Assembly: GCF_001194135.2 (NCBI RefSeq) | Contig: NC_068988.1 | Location: forward strand, 19,874,745 to 19,928,135 | Direction of reading: 5' to 3' | Length of the DNA stretch: 53,391 nucleotides | From: Octopus bimaculoides | Lineage: Eukaryota | In this document: in pieces, positions 51,477 through 53,391 of the stretch | Position numbering within the stretch: the stretch's first letter is position 1 | Layout of the letters: each line of letters opens with the position of its first letter | Program-made: the position numbers and the translations under genes | Notes under the pieces: generated by a model | Databases searched by the model: none | Told to the model about the DNA's origin: nothing | What the model saw: only the letters and a program-made list of their open reading frames with translations

Positions 51477-53051
51477 TTTGTCTTCCATTCCAGTTGCTAC
51501 CGATGGAGTATCAAGAAAAGTGAAGTATAATTTTGCTTACTTTATGGTTTAGACAGAAAAGCACTGGTAGCACCCATTACTGTAATTATGACCTGTTGTT
51601 GGTCCTTTTAAGTTTTGGTTGTGTCTGTAAGTTTTAGATCAAGGAACAACATACTCCTATTATGTCATCAAATTCCCCTCTGTTTCACACATCTCTGAAT
51701 CGATTTCACGTAGAAACCATGAAAACTGTGTCCCAACCATGGCCTCAACATCAAGCTTTTCATTCATCAATGGACGCAAACAGAAAGCAGAAACCACCAG
51801 TAGGTCTTTAAAAGCTCCATGGATACTCCTCGCCCTCATCTATAACAAATCCATAGGCTGACCCACTTTTCCTGTGCCCCCTATAGCTTCTCAGTAGAAT
51901 ATTTATGAATGCAGTTAACTGAGAAAGATGCCAATAAATGTTACCCACATATTTTTATAAGAACACCTCAGGCTAACAATGATAGTTACTCAAATGAGAA
52001 AACTGTATTAGTTAATGCAGCCCTAGGCAGATGTGATCATTTGTTTTCGGATAACTGGCTGATACACTAAAACGCAGCTACAATGGGAAAAATTTATATT
52101 TACAACACAATGATGTGAAAAGATATTTAGACGGATTTTCACACAATAAGAACCTGTATTTTACTCCTAAGATTTTGATGAATCGAAGGCTAAGCCAGAA
52201 CTCACTTGTTCAAAATGCCCTGCAGTTAGAACGAAATTAAAACCCCGTAGTTGTAAAGAGACCTGTTTAACAGCAAATTATTCTTTGCGATTATGCTATG
52301 TTATTTTAACACTTTTGTAATAATATGTAGTTGGTGATGTACGTAATGACAGCATTGATATTGATATTACAATTATCAATGTTTTGCTGTGTTTAGTCAT
52401 GAAAGTTGCCTCGTTTCCATTTGTACTTTAATAGCTGTGTCAGCAATATCGCAAACAATACTTATTTCGTGTCAGTATTTTGTCATCATATCAGTATATT
52501 CTTCGTTTTTCTAAGTTTTCATTTTATTTTTTTTTATTTTAGAAGACAAAATAATATCAGATTTAAACGAGTTTGTAAAATGTTTTATATTTAATTGACA
52601 AGAGTTTTTTTCTAAAATTATCATCTTGCTATCTTTTTGTCAAACACACGACATGTTTAACACTCGCTTTTATATATCTCAAGACAATTCACCTACTAGC
52701 AGATCTGAGGTTTGTCATTTTATCTCGGAATCTTATATAATACCAAAACAAATAACTATTTTGTTTTCTATTGCTGTGTCAGAATAAATTACAATACAGT
52801 AATAATGAAAACTTCTAACACAAAAAAAGGTCATAGTTATTGAAAGGGAGGTGTGATCAATAAAATCGATTCCAGTGTATGTCTGGTTCTTAAAGAATCA
52901 ATGATAAAGTAAATTTGTCTAGAAAAACAATCAAAATCTAAAGAATGTAGGACTAAATACTGGACTGCATTTATTTTCACTTTCCACGACATTTATCGCT
53001 CAAAATTTCGAATTAATAATGATTTCTTTTATAATTATTTTTTAAACTCTA

Positions 53052-53054
<3 letters not shown>

Positions 53055-53083
<29 letters not shown>

Positions 53084-53093
53084 TACCACTACA

Positions 53094-53183
<90 letters not shown>

Positions 53184-53322
53184 GAACGGCAGTAGATCAA
53201 CATGTCGAGGGAGTCAAACAACAAAATGGAAACAATAATCATGTTGTTTCCATGTGCAACTTGTATAAATGCAACTTGTATAAATCCAACTTGTATAAAT
53301 GCAAAACAAAAGTCAAACATAA

Positions 53323-53391
<69 letters not shown>
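53055..53391. repeat. (ACT)n-(AAT)n array, a 15-bp minisatellite (tgcaacttgtataaa x3.3, 53255-53304) and terminal (AAT)n
   Basis: Direct read of the sequence. Confidence 0.95.

Noticed and set aside
51480-52050. Non-repetitive, slightly GC-richer block after the last SINE A copy
   Set aside because: Stops occur in the frames I translated and no motif was recognised; probably old TE debris, but it cannot be supported.

Overview
AT-rich, microsatellite-dense animal genomic DNA with 11 N-gaps (about 3.7 kb in total), many of them bordered by simple repeats, as expected of a short-read assembly. The repeat families and microsatellite spectrum resemble what I recall of octopus/coleoid cephalopod DNA; this is an inference, not a database result. 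I could not build an intact protein-coding gene, so the window reads as intergenic or deep-intronic transposon debris. It contains at least four tRNA-headed SINE families, several copies with clear target-site duplications. It also contains decayed mariner, Tc1/maT, MULE and Chapaev3-like DNA transposons, RTE-, R4/Dong- and CR1-like LINE scraps, and a tRNA-Ile-like pseudogene. I found no convincing evidence of a new biological system. The best leads are: a 3' tail shared by SINE family A and an RTE LINE, a 25-bp minisatellite carrying five perfect ATGCAAAT octamers, a perfect 158-bp direct duplication, recurrent head-to-tail SINE dimers, and a Chapaev3-like 5' end.
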